Source of the DNA: Antedon mediterranea
Taxonomy: Eukaryota; Animalia; Echinodermata
NCBI RefSeq assembly: GCF_964355755.1
Contig: NC_092679.1
Span: 5,238,201 to 5,302,200 of the forward strand
Reading direction: 5' to 3'
Length of the DNA stretch: 64,000 bases
Part shown: piece by piece, positions 14,171 to 27,700 of the stretch
Numbering within the stretch: position 1 is the first letter of the stretch
How the letters are laid out: the number at the start of each line of letters is the position of its first letter
The notes under the pieces: generated by a model
What the model saw: only the letters and a program-made list of their open reading frames with translations
Database searches by the model: none
What the model was told of the DNA's origin: nothing
Position numbers and translations under genes: made by a program

Positions 14171-15279
14171 CCAAATATGCCTTCAAGCATGTTGAAGCAC
14201 AAGTTAAACAAAACCAGAAACTATCTACTCTAAATCTGAACAAAATTCCCATAGTTTATTCGTTTTTCGGATGAAGTTCATAAACACAATCTGGTTGAAA
14301 GTAACTGCTGAATAGGTCAAACTGTTATTATTTTGACTCGTGTGTGAGTCCACAGCCTATGCAGAGATACATTAGGCCTACATGTCATGCCAGCAATGAA
14401 CTAAAGTGATTCAATTACGGAATTCTAAACACCTAACAGACAAGTGTAACTAATTTCGACACATCAAATACCAACACTTGTTATGGATCGAACAAGGTCT
14501 TGGTTAATTATCTTTATAGCCTTCAAATTAACTCTTGACGTAAACATTTTAAATATAATCCTACAGTTTCTTTGGTTTATATCGAATATCGATGAAAGGA
14601 AACGAGGTCGATGTGTATTCTTTACATTTAAAGTTACATTGCACACGAATTAAGATCTATAACTTTGGTATGTGCTTTATACAAAACGCAGACATTATAA
14701 TTTCAATAGATTCCACGTGACTAATTCTGAAGTTTAGAGATATTTGATATTTGGTGCGTTAATTTTAGGATTTGCGGGATGCGATCGTATCAATTGTGGT
14801 TGTCTGCGTGTTATTATTGATGTCGGATTTGATAAGTTTATGGGACATTGGTTTCTAAAGATTTAAACAAATTGAAGACATTTCTAAACTTGATATAATT
14901 CTTGTAAACAACCTTCAAATGTTTGTTGAAACATCCAATCATCAGAGGGTTAACTTGAATATCCAATTTTACTTGGAGAGGTTTAAGTATAAATCTACTT
15001 TAATGCTACAGTAAATTTAAATTGATTGACAACGGTAAATGTATTGTTAAATAATCATAGATATTGTTTCATAATTTCTATTTATCATCTACATTTATTA
15101 TTTAGTATTAACAGTTCCCAATCTAAATTTTATAGGTCCTGAAATGTATCTTACGATTAATTAATTCACTACTTACAGGCGCATTTTGAAAAAAATGGAT
15201 AAATCCACTTATGGCGATTTCAGATATATCTTCTGTAAATACTTTATTTGTCACTATCATAATATAACATAAACAATAA

Positions 15280-18200
15280 TACTGAAAGTGGAGAAAAAAA
15301 CGCAGGAAAAAAGGACAAGAAATCCGACTCTGTAAGTTAAAATTGCTTGTCTGGTTCTACCGATACTATATGGTTGACATTGTTTTAACTTTAACATTTT
15401 TAATTTATTAAATAATTTTAAAAAACCCAAAAAAATGATGGTGTTTAACAAAAATATCGAAAGAAACACATGCGTGTTTGTTAATTTTTTGTATTATATG
15501 TGTTTGGTCATCCAATGGGTATATAAGGAGGTATTCTGTATATATGCATATATATTGAATGAAAAAACAAAAAAATATAAATAATTCTCTACATTTAATA
15601 TCTCTAAATGTTAGAGGTATTAGAGAAAAGTATAAAAGGAAGAAGATATTCAATTGGTTAGATGACCAAAAGTTCGACATTGTTTTTCTACAAGAAACGC
15701 ATCTTGATAAAAATGTTGTAAACTATAATAAGACGTTGTGGAAAGGCGCATCGTATCATAGTTTTGGAACGACGAAAAGTAGAGGCGTCTCAATATTTTT
15801 TAAATCAGGGTTTGATCCCAACGATATTGAGTGCAAATATAATGATGATGAGGGTAGACTGATCATCCTTAGAGTAAAATATAATGATAAAATGTTTTAC
15901 TTCTTTAACATATATGCACCCAACAATTACAAAGAAAGGTATCTCTTTTTTAATAAATTAGAAAGAAAGATTGATAACTTAAGTATTACCAATGACGAAT
16001 TTATAATTATTGGAGGAGATATGAATTGTATCTTAGATAGAAAATTGGATCAGAAAAATAGTGTAAATCTATATGACAGTTCACCGTCTGCTTTAAAAAA
16101 ATGTATGACTAAACATAACTTAATCGATATATGGAGACATAACAATAAAAATAAAACACAGTTTACATGGAGAAGGACAGATACATATAGAAGACTCGAT
16201 TTTTGGTGCATATCGAGTTCCCTCAATAAAAATGGTGATGTTTTGTCTACAGACATTAGACCTTCGATATGCTCAGATCATCAGGCCATATCACTAAAAA
16301 TATCCAATGATCAACATCAAGAAAAAAGAGGTCCAGGAGTATGGAAAATCAACAATAGTATCCTAAACGATAAAGAATACGTCCGAAAAATAAAAGGAAT
16401 AATTGAAAATACAAAAAAAAATGAAAACAATCTGAGACCAGACGTGCTCTGGGAATTACTTAAAGTAAAAATAAAAGAATGTTCTGTAAAATTTTGTAAA
16501 AAAAAGAAAATGGAAAGAAATTTGGATAAAGTAAGCTTAATAAAAGAAGTCAACGAGCTTACACAAAAGCTTAATCAAGTATACGATGAAAGAATCGAAA
16601 AACAATTAATTACAAAAAGGGATAACTTAGAGAGCATATATTTAGTTGAAGCAAAAGGTGCAATTGTCAGATCCAGAATTGATTGGTTTGAAAAAGGAGA
16701 AAAAAATAATAAATTCTTCTTAGGGTTAGAAAAGAATAATGCTAAAAGAAAACACATTAAATCTGTTTTAAAAAGTAATGGAAAATATACATCTAACAAT
16801 GATGAAATTCTGAAAGAAGAAGTTCTATTTTATAAAAACATATACTCTAATAAAGAAATACCTCTAAACGATATGAACAAATATCTAAAGCACACAAAAT
16901 TAAAAACGTTGTTAGAGGAAGATGTAATAAAATGTGAAGGTCTTGTAACAGTCGAAGAATGCACAAAAACGATTTTTAAAATGAAAATAAATAAGAGTCC
17001 TGGTATTGATGGATTAAGTGTAGAATTTTATCGTACATTTTGGGAGAATGTAAAATATTTATTGTGTGATTCATTGAATTATAGCTTTGTTAAAGGCATG
17101 TTATCAACAACACAAAGAAGAGGTATTATTAATCTTTTATACAAAAATGGACAGAGGGAAAACCTAAACAATTGGAGACCAATAACACTACTTAATGTGG
17201 ATTATAAAATATTGGCTCACATTCTAGCTAATAGGTTACACAACGTTATAGGTTCCATTATAAATGAAGATCAAAAAGGTTATATTAAGAAAAGGTTTGG
17301 AGGAGAAAATGTAAGACTGGTAAACGACATACTAGACTACACAAAAGCAAAAAGTATGACAGGTGCTATTGTTTTTCTTGATTATGCGAAAGCTTTCGAC
17401 TCAATAGACAGAATACTGCTGTTTAAGGTTTTAAAACTCTTTGGTTTTGGAAATTCATTTATCAAATGGATAAAGGTTATGTATAAAGAAACAGAATGTG
17501 TCATAGTAAACAACGGATGGTTGTCAGAAAAGTTTAAAATGGAGTGTGGTGTGAGGCAAGGCTGCCCATTATCTGCTTTGCTATTTATTCTGGTATCAGA
17601 AATAATGGCAGTAAATATCAGAAATAATTCTAAATGTATAGGAATTACGTTACCTAATAGCAATGACGATGATGATAATATCGTTAAAATTGCTCAATTA
17701 GCGGATGACACCGTAATTTTTTCACATGACGAAGGTAGTTTAAAATATTTCTTTAATGAGATTGAGTCTTTTTGTAGTGTTTCAGGGTTAACATTAAATA
17801 GAAAAAAGACAAATGGTATGTGGATTGGTGTAAACGAAAATAGTGTTTCAAAACCATTAGATATTACATGGACTAGTGAACCTGTTAAATTTTTAGGAAT
17901 CCATATAGGTTACAATAAGCATTTATGTGAAAAGAGAAACTGGGACAAAAAAATTACCAACCTAGAAAACGTATTAAATTTATGGAAAAGAAGGAATCTT
18001 ACCTTTTTTGGTAAAATAACTATTATTAAAACACTTGCATTGTCTAAGTTTATATATAACGCAAGTATAATTGATGTTCCCAAAGATATAGTTAAACAAA
18101 TAGAAAAACTATTATATACGTTCCTATGGGGAACCAGAAGGGAAAAGATAAAGAGAATAACCTTAATTAAAAATATTAAGGAAGGTGGTTTAAACATGCC

Positions 18201-20034
18201 AGATATTAGCTCTGTGGTTGAATCACTTAAACTGAATTGGGTCAAGCGACTGTTAAGTCCAGATCCAGGTAAATAGAAATGCATACCAAAATATTTCCTT
18301 CACCCAATTGAATATACAATAAAAAGTACTAAACTTAATGTACATGATCATGCTAACTTGAGAGATATGCCTACATTCTACAAGAACATGATTAATGCTG
18401 TTGTAAAATTTAATAATATTGTGTATTCAGAACCAACAACTTTAATAGAAATAAAAAATCAACAACTATGGGAAAATAAGTTTATACTATCTAACAATAA
18501 ATCATTGTACTTCAAATCATGGTTATATTCTGATTATAAAGTAATTGGTGACATATTTATAAATGATAGAGTATGTACCGCAGGTGAAATAATCTCAAAT
18601 TTGTATAAAAAACATAATGGTTTAATCGAATATTTACAGCTTATGATTGCCATACCAAATGGGTGGAAAGAAATTATTAGAAAAGACAATACAAATAATC
18701 AAGATGTAGGTAATAATGACTCATTGTTGCATAAGAACATTAAAGGATCTATCTACTATAAATATTTTATAAACAAACGTTCCACTGAACCAGGTTCACA
18801 AAGAAAATGGGAATGTGAGCTAAATAACGTAGAAATAGATTGGAATAAAGTATGGTATTATAAGGTATACAAGATGAAACATATAGTTAAAGTTGCTCAA
18901 TTCAACTTTAAACTCTTACATCGAATATTACCGTGTAAAAAAAGATTAAAATTATGGAATTTGGCAGAAAATAATTTATGTGACAATTGTATAAATCAGA
19001 TAGAAAGTGAACAGCACATGCTGTTTGAATGCAATGCCATTCAATGGACATGGCACAAATTTAAAGGTGTGCTGGCTAATTGCTTTCCAGCTGAAGATAA
19101 TATTACATGGTTTAAAATTGTTACAGGAACAAAAAACAATATTGTAAATGAATTGATTTCTATGTTTTTATTCTGTATATACAAGGTACACATAATATCC
19201 AATGGTGGAAGAAAAGATAAAGATGATAAAAAAAAGATCTGGATTCTTTTCACTGCTGAAGTTAAAAATCTAATAGAAAATGAACATATGTGTAACTTCA
19301 TTAAGGCACAACGTAAATGGGGTGCAAAAAAGGAAACTCTGTTACAATTGATAGCATGAATATAGTCTGTATGAAGTGTTTTTTTTTTTCATGTTTTCTA
19401 AAATGCAATATGTTTTGTTTATTTCCCAATTACAAATTGTATACAGAAGTAGAAGTAGTATTATAATAAGATGTCATCGGGTATGAAGCGTCTCACATAC
19501 ACACAGAGCCAAAATGGCATCTTGGACTTGCACGGTGTATGGACTCTAACCTTACGGTTTTCATTTAAATATTTCATTCCACTCTATCATCCTTATCTAG
19601 TTTTCAAACTTTTGCATTCCTCTTTTTTCATCTCATCCTTTTTGTCTTGGTGAAAAGGGAGGATATTTTATATTCCTCCTCTGAGTTTATAGCCTCTCTA
19701 CCAGAACATGAACAAGATTTTATAAGTACGTTTTTAATGACAGTTCATAGACTTTTATTACCATCTTTTATCTTTATATTTTAATTAACATCCTTTTAAA
19801 ATTGTAAATGAAAGCATGGTTATTATATTGAAATTAATCATCTTTTTATGTAAATATGCCTACTTTTTAACTACTTGTTAACTTGTAACAATCTTAGTAA
19901 TATACAACAGAAATAGAAATATTCATACAAATAATTAATTGCTACAATGTACCTTTATTTTATATATAATATATATACATATAAATCTGAGAATTATAAT
20001 AAAAGTGGGAAGACCCCACACAAGACAAAAAAAA
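15280..20034 (+). mobile_element. L1/Tx1-clade non-LTR retrotransposon (LINE), ~4.75 kb
   Basis: EN-RT ORF2; ~680 nt 3' UTR; AATAAA at ~19998; A-tail at ~20027-20036. Flanked by direct repeat AACATAAACAATAA at 15266-15279 and 20035-20048 (extends to 18 bp with one mismatch), read as the TSD. Confidence 0.92.
15559..19359 (+). pseudogene. LINE ORF2 (APE endonuclease, reverse transcriptase, C-terminal CCHC knuckle) with one in-frame stop
   Basis: Endonuclease motifs SLNVRG, LQETH, NIYAPN, GGDMN, RLD, SDH. RT motifs KSPGIDG, WRPITLLNVDYK, LDYAKAFD, GVRQGCPLS, QLADD. C-terminal CDNC...H...C. The ORFs 15559-18276 and 18358-19359 are in the same frame with only TAG at 18274-18276 between them (PGK*KCIP, likely TGG>TAG). 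About 1266 aa if restored. Confidence 0.93.
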
Positions 20035-23000
20035 AACATAAACAATAAAACTTTATTAACAAATGTGACAAAAAAGACCAAAATAAATCAGCTTTCGCTA
20101 CTCGAGTAAAATGCATTAATTGTTAACACAATTGATTGTAAATAAATTAAATAAGTTTGAATATAATAGTATAACGTTATTCACAAATCATTTTTTTTCT
20201 AGTAGATAAAGTTTCAGTTTAAAATTAGAGAGTTTCTTTGAGGATATTTTTCTGTAAAGTAAAGGTAGATTGTTCCAAAATAAATATTAAAATTAAATTA
20301 AAATGAAATGAAAGAGAGAGTTCATTCATTTTTCATTCGATTTTTGTTTAATCGAAAGTTTTAAATAAATAATGTTGTTTAAAATAATAATAACGATTAT
20401 GTTAACTAATTTTAATGTTAGGCATAACCAAAATGACAGTTAGCTTCCATTTTAATGCCAGGGCAGTGACCTGTACTATTTTAATACATGCAGAGTACGG
20501 CTCAAATAAAATACACACAATAAATTCAAGTTTGATCCTAGCGATTTCTACCCAAATCAACTAATAATTGGACTATTTGGTGTTTTAACAGCTGCCGGTG
20601 TTGTAATAATGAACGCTAACCATTTAACAATTAGTGTATATGTGTTAATTAATAGAAGGCATAGATTACTACACTAATCAGACGAGAAAAGTCTCAATCC
20701 AATGAAGTGTTAATTAATTCTATTTTATCACATTTTTTTAAAGTGATTGATACTTCGAGAAACTATCGAATCGTAAACGAACAATTCCGAGTCTATCCGA
20801 ACACGTGTCGAACGTTTGCTATATAGATTTAGCTGATAAAGTTTGTTTTTGTGGCACAATCACTAGCCTCTTAAATTACAATACTCTTACATAACAATAA
20901 TAACCAAGTTGTTTTAAAGGTTTGATTGACTGAGTATCAAGTACCATACTGGATACAAGTGAAAGAAGAATTAGCAATTACGTAATAATCGGGATTTTCT
21001 ATTGTAAATAAAAGCATTACAATTTTTATGAAAATATTATTGTTCATATAAGATGCGATAGTAAGGTACACTTATTCAATTTGGTCAAATAAGGCGAACT
21101 GCACTACAAATCATAAATGAAAATCTATAAAAAAATTTAAAAAAAATGGTATCAAAGTCGACATCGTTTCAGCAAGGAAGAGTTACATCCTGGTTTCATT
21201 TCTAAATCGAAGGAATAGAATGAATGAAAAGTATACGATTGCATAATTGCAGAAAATAAATGTAATTAAAATGTTTCAAACACACGAAAAAAGAAATCAT
21301 GACATTTGGTTTAGACATTTTAAGTACCATACCAACGCGTGTAACGCGCACGCATAAGGAGAGTTTTATCAGGAGGGCGGGTTACACAATGAGTTATACT
21401 CACAGTAGCCGTAACTAATCAGTTTTATTGAAGTATCAAGCACTTCTTTGTGGGTTTGTATAAACGTTTACACAATTGTTTAATTAGTAATTTTCAGATA
21501 TGAATTTACTCAAGGTAACATTGGCTTACTAATGATGACTGTTTCGAGTGTAGACCTACTTAATGATATTCACTCAGAGGGCATGATTTATTATGTATTT
21601 CGCTTCCTACAAAATTCATGTATCAAAGTATAAGCTTCTTAATTTACCTGAGGTATAATCCTATAAAAGAAATATATTTCAAGATGGATGGTTTGCAAAA
21701 ATCCATTGCACAGAACAATCTTGTATATTTGAAATAGTGACTAAAATTGCTAAGTTTTTAGATATTTAAATTTGTTATTTTTGAAAATTTTTGTTTTACA
21801 CTATTATAATATTTATATGAATACATTTGTTGGCGTAATGGATATGGTCATATAAATAGTACATGTATTTCTGTTTTTGTTCTATTTTTTATATGGTTCG
21901 GCTAAAGAGCGGTAGGCCTACCGGTAATACGAAATGTCGGTTGACAGCAACTCATATTTAAAAAAATACAGTAACGGTAAATCAACAAATAAATTATAAC
22001 AATTTGGTAGTTCATATGTTAATATTATTAGCATAATGACTGTCAACCGGGTTATCAATGCTATATTTATATCGTTCATAATTTTTGTTAAACAATTTCA
22101 AGTTAAGTTAAGCAGGTAAAAGTGAAATGACAATGACAATTATTTTCACTCTTCCCTGGGTTTAAGCTTATATGATAGGCCGTTATGCAAGGAAATCAAC
22201 ACAATTATCATATGATAAACTGGCGTTGATTGCCCGCCTTTGTATACAATGATCAATAGGAATGAAATAAGACCTATGAAAAATATATCCAATTAGAGAA
22301 CGCAGCAATATTCTCGCCAACAATAATTGATGTTAAGGTTTGAAAATGAATGAAATCGATGATGATAATAAACCGTGTTTACTTATGTATCTTACAACCC
22401 ACTTTGTCATGTATTAAATAAGCAATGTTAACTCTTGTGTTATCGGTGATTTGTGGAGGAACAACACAATAATTATCCTAGTGTGTTCTAGTTAGCTGAA
22501 GAGCAAATGAAAATATACAATAATGAGGTAACTAAAGCTGAATGTTGCCAATTGAGATTATCTTATTATTGAGATCAAAGTACGATACTTAAACTTACAT
22601 CTTGTTTGAACTTATTTGCTCCTTATATTATTAGTTACTTTATACCTACGATGTGTGGAAATCATTTTTTTAAATCTCACGTGTTGATTTCTTAAAGATT
22701 TATGTATTAATCTAGCCGTACAAACCGACCATGTGAACATGTATCAACTTAGCATTATACGCGCTCGCAAATGAGAGAGGAGAGTGCATTGTTTGCGCCA
22801 TTATCACTGAGCGACAGAGCCGCTATAAATAATGCCATGTTCTATTTTCGTTTTTTAATGATGGACGGATCGTTATTTCTTGTTTACCTTCACTATGTTC
22901 TAAAGTAGCATCCTATCCCAGGGGATATCGTTAGGGTTGTTACCGCATACAAGCCACGCTAGAATTGAAAGCTTTATATTTGACGTTTAATGAGACTGAA

Positions 23001-23843
23001 TTTGAGCCGCAAAAATCTAAAGTAAATAATATCTGCGTTTCTTTCACGCAAACCTGAATGGCATGTTGTTCGTTTGTGAGCATATATTCAGCGGCGATGA
23101 ATTAATGATGTAATCTCATTCTTTTCAGGTATAACCATTAACGTCACTAACCTCCAAGAGTAATCACTGATTTAGTAAATTTAAAACGGGTTGGGGGTAG
23201 TTGTGAAGAAAATATTAGTGTAAATGCAACAAATATTAAAAACACAATGTAAACACACTGTAGATCCAAGAAAGAACAACGATTTTTAATAACATAACGT
23301 TATGTTTTGTCTTATTTACTTTAATGCATGATCGGTATCCCTTTGACCCCCGGAGGGAGAGTACCCGTCAGGGTCCCTACCAAGGGTTACAGGTCCCAGG
23401 TTTTTAGTTGTTTTTAAAATTAATTAGTGTCCCATGACCTTCTCATCAAAATTAACGTCTCTCATTGTTGTGCTATGTCAACATAATGTAAATGACGACG
23501 AAATGTCCCCAATAATGGGGATAGCTATGCAAACAAGTAACAAGTAAGTAAGTATATTGCGTAAATTGTGTCATTGACTCGCACTAAGGAACTGATTCCA
23601 GAAATTTCTTTTTGATTTACTTTATCGTTTTGAATTAGCTTTCTGCTTATTTTATTGTATCTCCATTGAGATCCAGACCAGTCAGTGATATCCACAGCAT
23701 TTTTATTTTTTCAGTAATTTTTTCTTTTGATTTGTGTGAATATGGTATTGTTACGGTATCTTTTATCCAAAGTACTTTTAATAAAACCGTCAATAGGTGG
23801 CGCTACAATGTTTATAATTACCCGTTTAAGAAAAGTATACAAA

Positions 23844-24770
23844 TTATATATTATACAAATAATGAATGTTTATGAGTGTAATGGTACAAATAATGGCACG
23901 AGGTGAATGATGAAAGGTTATATTTCAACGAGGCGATGAGCCGAGTTGAAATATAACCTTTCATCATTCACCAAGTGCCATTATTTGTACCATTACACGA
24001 ATACAAAACATTCATTATTTGTTTTATATAACATCTAAATAAATTCTAGTTATTTGAATCAAATAAAAGGTAGCCCTAGCCAAAGTTTACTACATTTCAT
24101 TCACACACATTTGATTAAAAACATTAACATTTCGTTTTAAATAATTTTATATTAAATGTTATATTTATATGGATTTCGTAAACACACCTACTTTTGTGTT
24201 AATTATGTCAACAAACGACCAAACAATCCTAGGCCTAGCAAGGCTAAAACGCCTAGGCTAGGCCTAGCCTAATACTAGCATGGCCTAGGCTAGACCTAGT
24301 AGCCTAGTACTAGCTTGGCTGAAAGGCAAAACTTCGACAGACAATTGGAACTTATCTAAGCTAATTATGGTTTTTCCAACAATTCCACGTCCTGTAGGGA
24401 TGTCCCCATTAATTAATCAAAATCCTAAAAACGATCTAAAGCTAATTTAAATGCCTTTTTGAATGAAATTAGTACATAATGTCCAAATCGTACACAAATA
24501 TCTGCTGCTGTTGCATATCTCGAGGTGGTGTTTACAAATGAAACTCAGACCAGACGACAGGTGGCGCTGTTGTATTTCACAGTACATAGCCATATCATAG
24601 GATAATTTGTGTACTAGATTTTTTTTCATCCGCGAGACGTTTTTTTTTTCGTACACAAAAATGTTTCAAAAAGTACTATTTAACGATCGTTGAATAGTGC
24701 GTACTATTGCACGCCATGTGACCCACATTCGTCCAATCAAATGACAGGAATTTATTTAGGTGTTATATAA
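23844..24770. mobile_element. Non-autonomous element with split inverted repeats (Crypton/tyrosine-recombinase-like, tentative)
   Basis: Arms A/A' of ~75 bp (23855-23929 / 23945-24022) form a hairpin. Arms B/B' of ~34 bp (24024-24057 / 24737-24770). TTATATA(A) core at both ends and at the A'/B junction. Internal (CTAGG)-rich tract at 24229-24315. Confidence 0.7.
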
Positions 24771-27700
24771 TATTGAATCAGTCTACTAGTAGTAGTAGTG
24801 AAAACTATTATTTAGGACACCTACGGCACTAGAGCAAGTACTAACTGCTAAATAGAAAGCACTGGTTAGTGATCTTGAATACTATTACATTTAAATGGAT
24901 TAATTAAACACCGAGTTTGTTATAAATAGCGATAGCATCACCAGACAGAATGTCTTTGCGTTCGAACCATGGACAAATTAGTTTAACGACGAGAAAAAAA
25001 CATAATAAAATAACAAAACACGTATAACAATATATTATAATGTTAACGGATAAATAACTTTTTTTAAAGGAAAAAGACTACATTATTCAAGTATACTCGC
25101 GAGTGTAATAATGTTTCATATTTTTATCGATAGGGGGCGCTACAGGTTTAATTAAATTATTGATTAAACGTATTTGGCAAGCTCGCTGTCTGCGATAGTA
25201 ATTGCAATTATTTGTACTGTACGAATACACAGATTATGTACAACTGATAATTGCTTACTAACTGCAAAAGACAATCACTGTAAATCGTAATTGAATAAAA
25301 AAAGAGTCTAATTGTATTATGGCCAAACTTCTGTTGCTGTTTTCCAATGATCTAGTAGGCCGAAGTCATTGAAGGCAGCCTCTGATATTGGGTTTTTCTA
25401 CGCCCGTAAACATTGTCTCAATTTCAGAGCTTTTCCATTTAGAATCAATCTCTAAACTATTTAAATGTTACGCGGTGCCACATTTGGGTTGTGCGGAAAC
25501 GCAGACTAAAGTCGTTTCGTTTTTTCAATCGTTTGATCGTATAGCACAAACTTATAAATGTATAATTAACATTTTCGTTGGCGGCTGAGTGTGGTATTCT
25601 AATTAAATTGTATAAACGAGACTGTTCTCCACTAACTAACTTATCTTCAATGTCTTTTCTAGACTGATTCCTTAAAAGACAGAGTATAAACAAATAAATT
25701 AATCGATTTTCATCATTAACCGCTAATAAAAATAAAGAGCCCATTATTGGGAAAATGGCTGTAAAGAGAGAAAACGAAATAAACTAATGTTCATTTTTCA
25801 GGCAACAAACAGACTCACTACACTTGTTAAAACACGTTTCGATTTTTACTTTTAACCAGCACGAATGTGCGATACTCTGGGTACCACAAAAGAAGCTTTA
25901 ATAACGTCTTAAGACGGGATGTGACGTCACATACACATCAATAACCTCGCTACCAAATAGTTTATACGGCTATACGGTACCATCTTCGAGACGTCATATG
26001 GCTGCATCCTGTATGAAATTTAAAAATCCGGCTCTATAGCTTTGAGACATGTCCCTGTAGTATAATTCATGTCAAATCCCAGCTCAATACTACAACGAAT
26101 AAGGGAGGATTAGTACTAGAAATCGCACTTTTTACTCAATAGTGTCGGATGGAGGAGAAGTTGAGTGAGTCCTAGACTCGGGTACCTCGAGTAAAAAGCA
26201 ACTATTAAAGTATATAATTATGCTATGCTGTTTGTAAATTATTTAAGGAAAACCAATAACTCTAACTCTCCCTCCTGCTATTATAACTGAACAGATAAAA
26301 ATAATAAGACACCAAAATAGCAAATTTGATTTTTTAAATTTATTTTATTTTTTCATTTTATTCAATCGAAACCAACAGCGATAATTACCGCCACTAACAG
26401 GTTTGATACAAACTAAGCCAGGATTGTTTAAAGCGCGCACCTTGATTGGTCACCTAACATTGATCATCAAGGGCTTCTCTCGAACAGTGCCCATCTTTAC
26501 CAGAGGAGAGGCATAAGCCAATACATCTGAGGAAGATACTAGATACAGGTGCTGCCATAAGAGTCAACAGTGCTGATTTGAAATGCCTAACGGGACCCCA
26601 GATCCATATACAGCACCCTATATTCCCAGATGGTCTCCAATTCACGTTGGAACATTTCTATTAAACATTTTAACAAAATCGACAGCAAAAATGCAATCAC
26701 CCCCTCTATATAAACTTGAAACTTTTTTAATTAACAGAGGGCGCCCACAGATAATATGTAATGTGTATGTTTTCTGTGTATTAATGGAGGAATTCAATGA
26801 AAAGCAATACCTCTAATCTCACATCACACCATTACAACAGATTAAATGGAGATAGTAAGATCAACAACACAGTCTATGTTGTCAAAATACAAAAAACCAC
26901 TCGTCAAAAATAATCACCCCCCTCTTTATAGGAGGTTATAGAGGATGGGGAAGCTAAAATCTACAGAGAGCGCATGCAGATAATAATTGTTATGTATTAT
27001 TACTCTATTATTATGTTTGTATATAAGGTTATATGGTCAAAAGAATACTATATAGATTTGCTATGATATACATAACGTATTATACATGTTTCGAAAAGAA
27101 TTTAAACGCACTCATCAATAGAATATTGCATACATTTTAAACCTACCCTACATATATCATGAAAGGGCGAGAAAACTACGTTCTCATGAATTTTAAAAAT
27201 CAAATACCCCCTCTACAGCTTGTTATTTAGTAGACTGATAGAGGGCGGAATTTATTAAACGAAGCGATTTTGGGAAAATAAAAATGGTGGAATGTCCATT
27301 AATATAATTTAATATTTTGATACCAACAGGTCTTTAATTAAACATAACTTATATTTTATTTATTTATACACGTTGGTATTGGAAAATAAACACGATTTTA
27401 TTCTTTACTTTCTTGCAGAAAAACAACTGCTAGTTGAGCCAAGTTTTCGTGTCTAAATAAAGCATATTATTATTATTTTTAATTACAAGTACAAAAAAAT
27501 GAGTGGTTGCCTATACATCCAACTATGGCAGAACCTGTTTGACACTGTAGGTCATGTTTAAAATGTACTAATAAGCTTAGTAAATTAGCGAACTTTATCT
27601 GGCTGACTTTTATGAAACTGCACAAGGTAAATGAAAACATATCACAATACATACAATAGTTATTAATAATTATAAAGGTACACACGATTAAACACATTAT

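Noticed and set aside
18274-18276. Programmed stop-codon readthrough in LINE ORF2
   Set aside because: No readthrough context or downstream structure seen; a TGG>TAG point mutation is the simpler explanation.
16050-19301. Several minus-strand ORFs (68-124 aa) inside the LINE
   Set aside because: Antisense shadows of the A-rich ORF2 codons, with F/L/I-rich low-information translations.
21938-22050. 10-bp inverted repeat CGGTTGACAG / CTGTCAACCG
   Set aside because: Too short, with no TSD or second copy to support a MITE.
26680-27250. Recurrent AATCACCCC(C)TCT and CAGAG.GCGC...CAGATAATA motifs about 225 bp apart
   Set aside because: Probably an old decayed tandem duplication, too diverged to delimit by eye.
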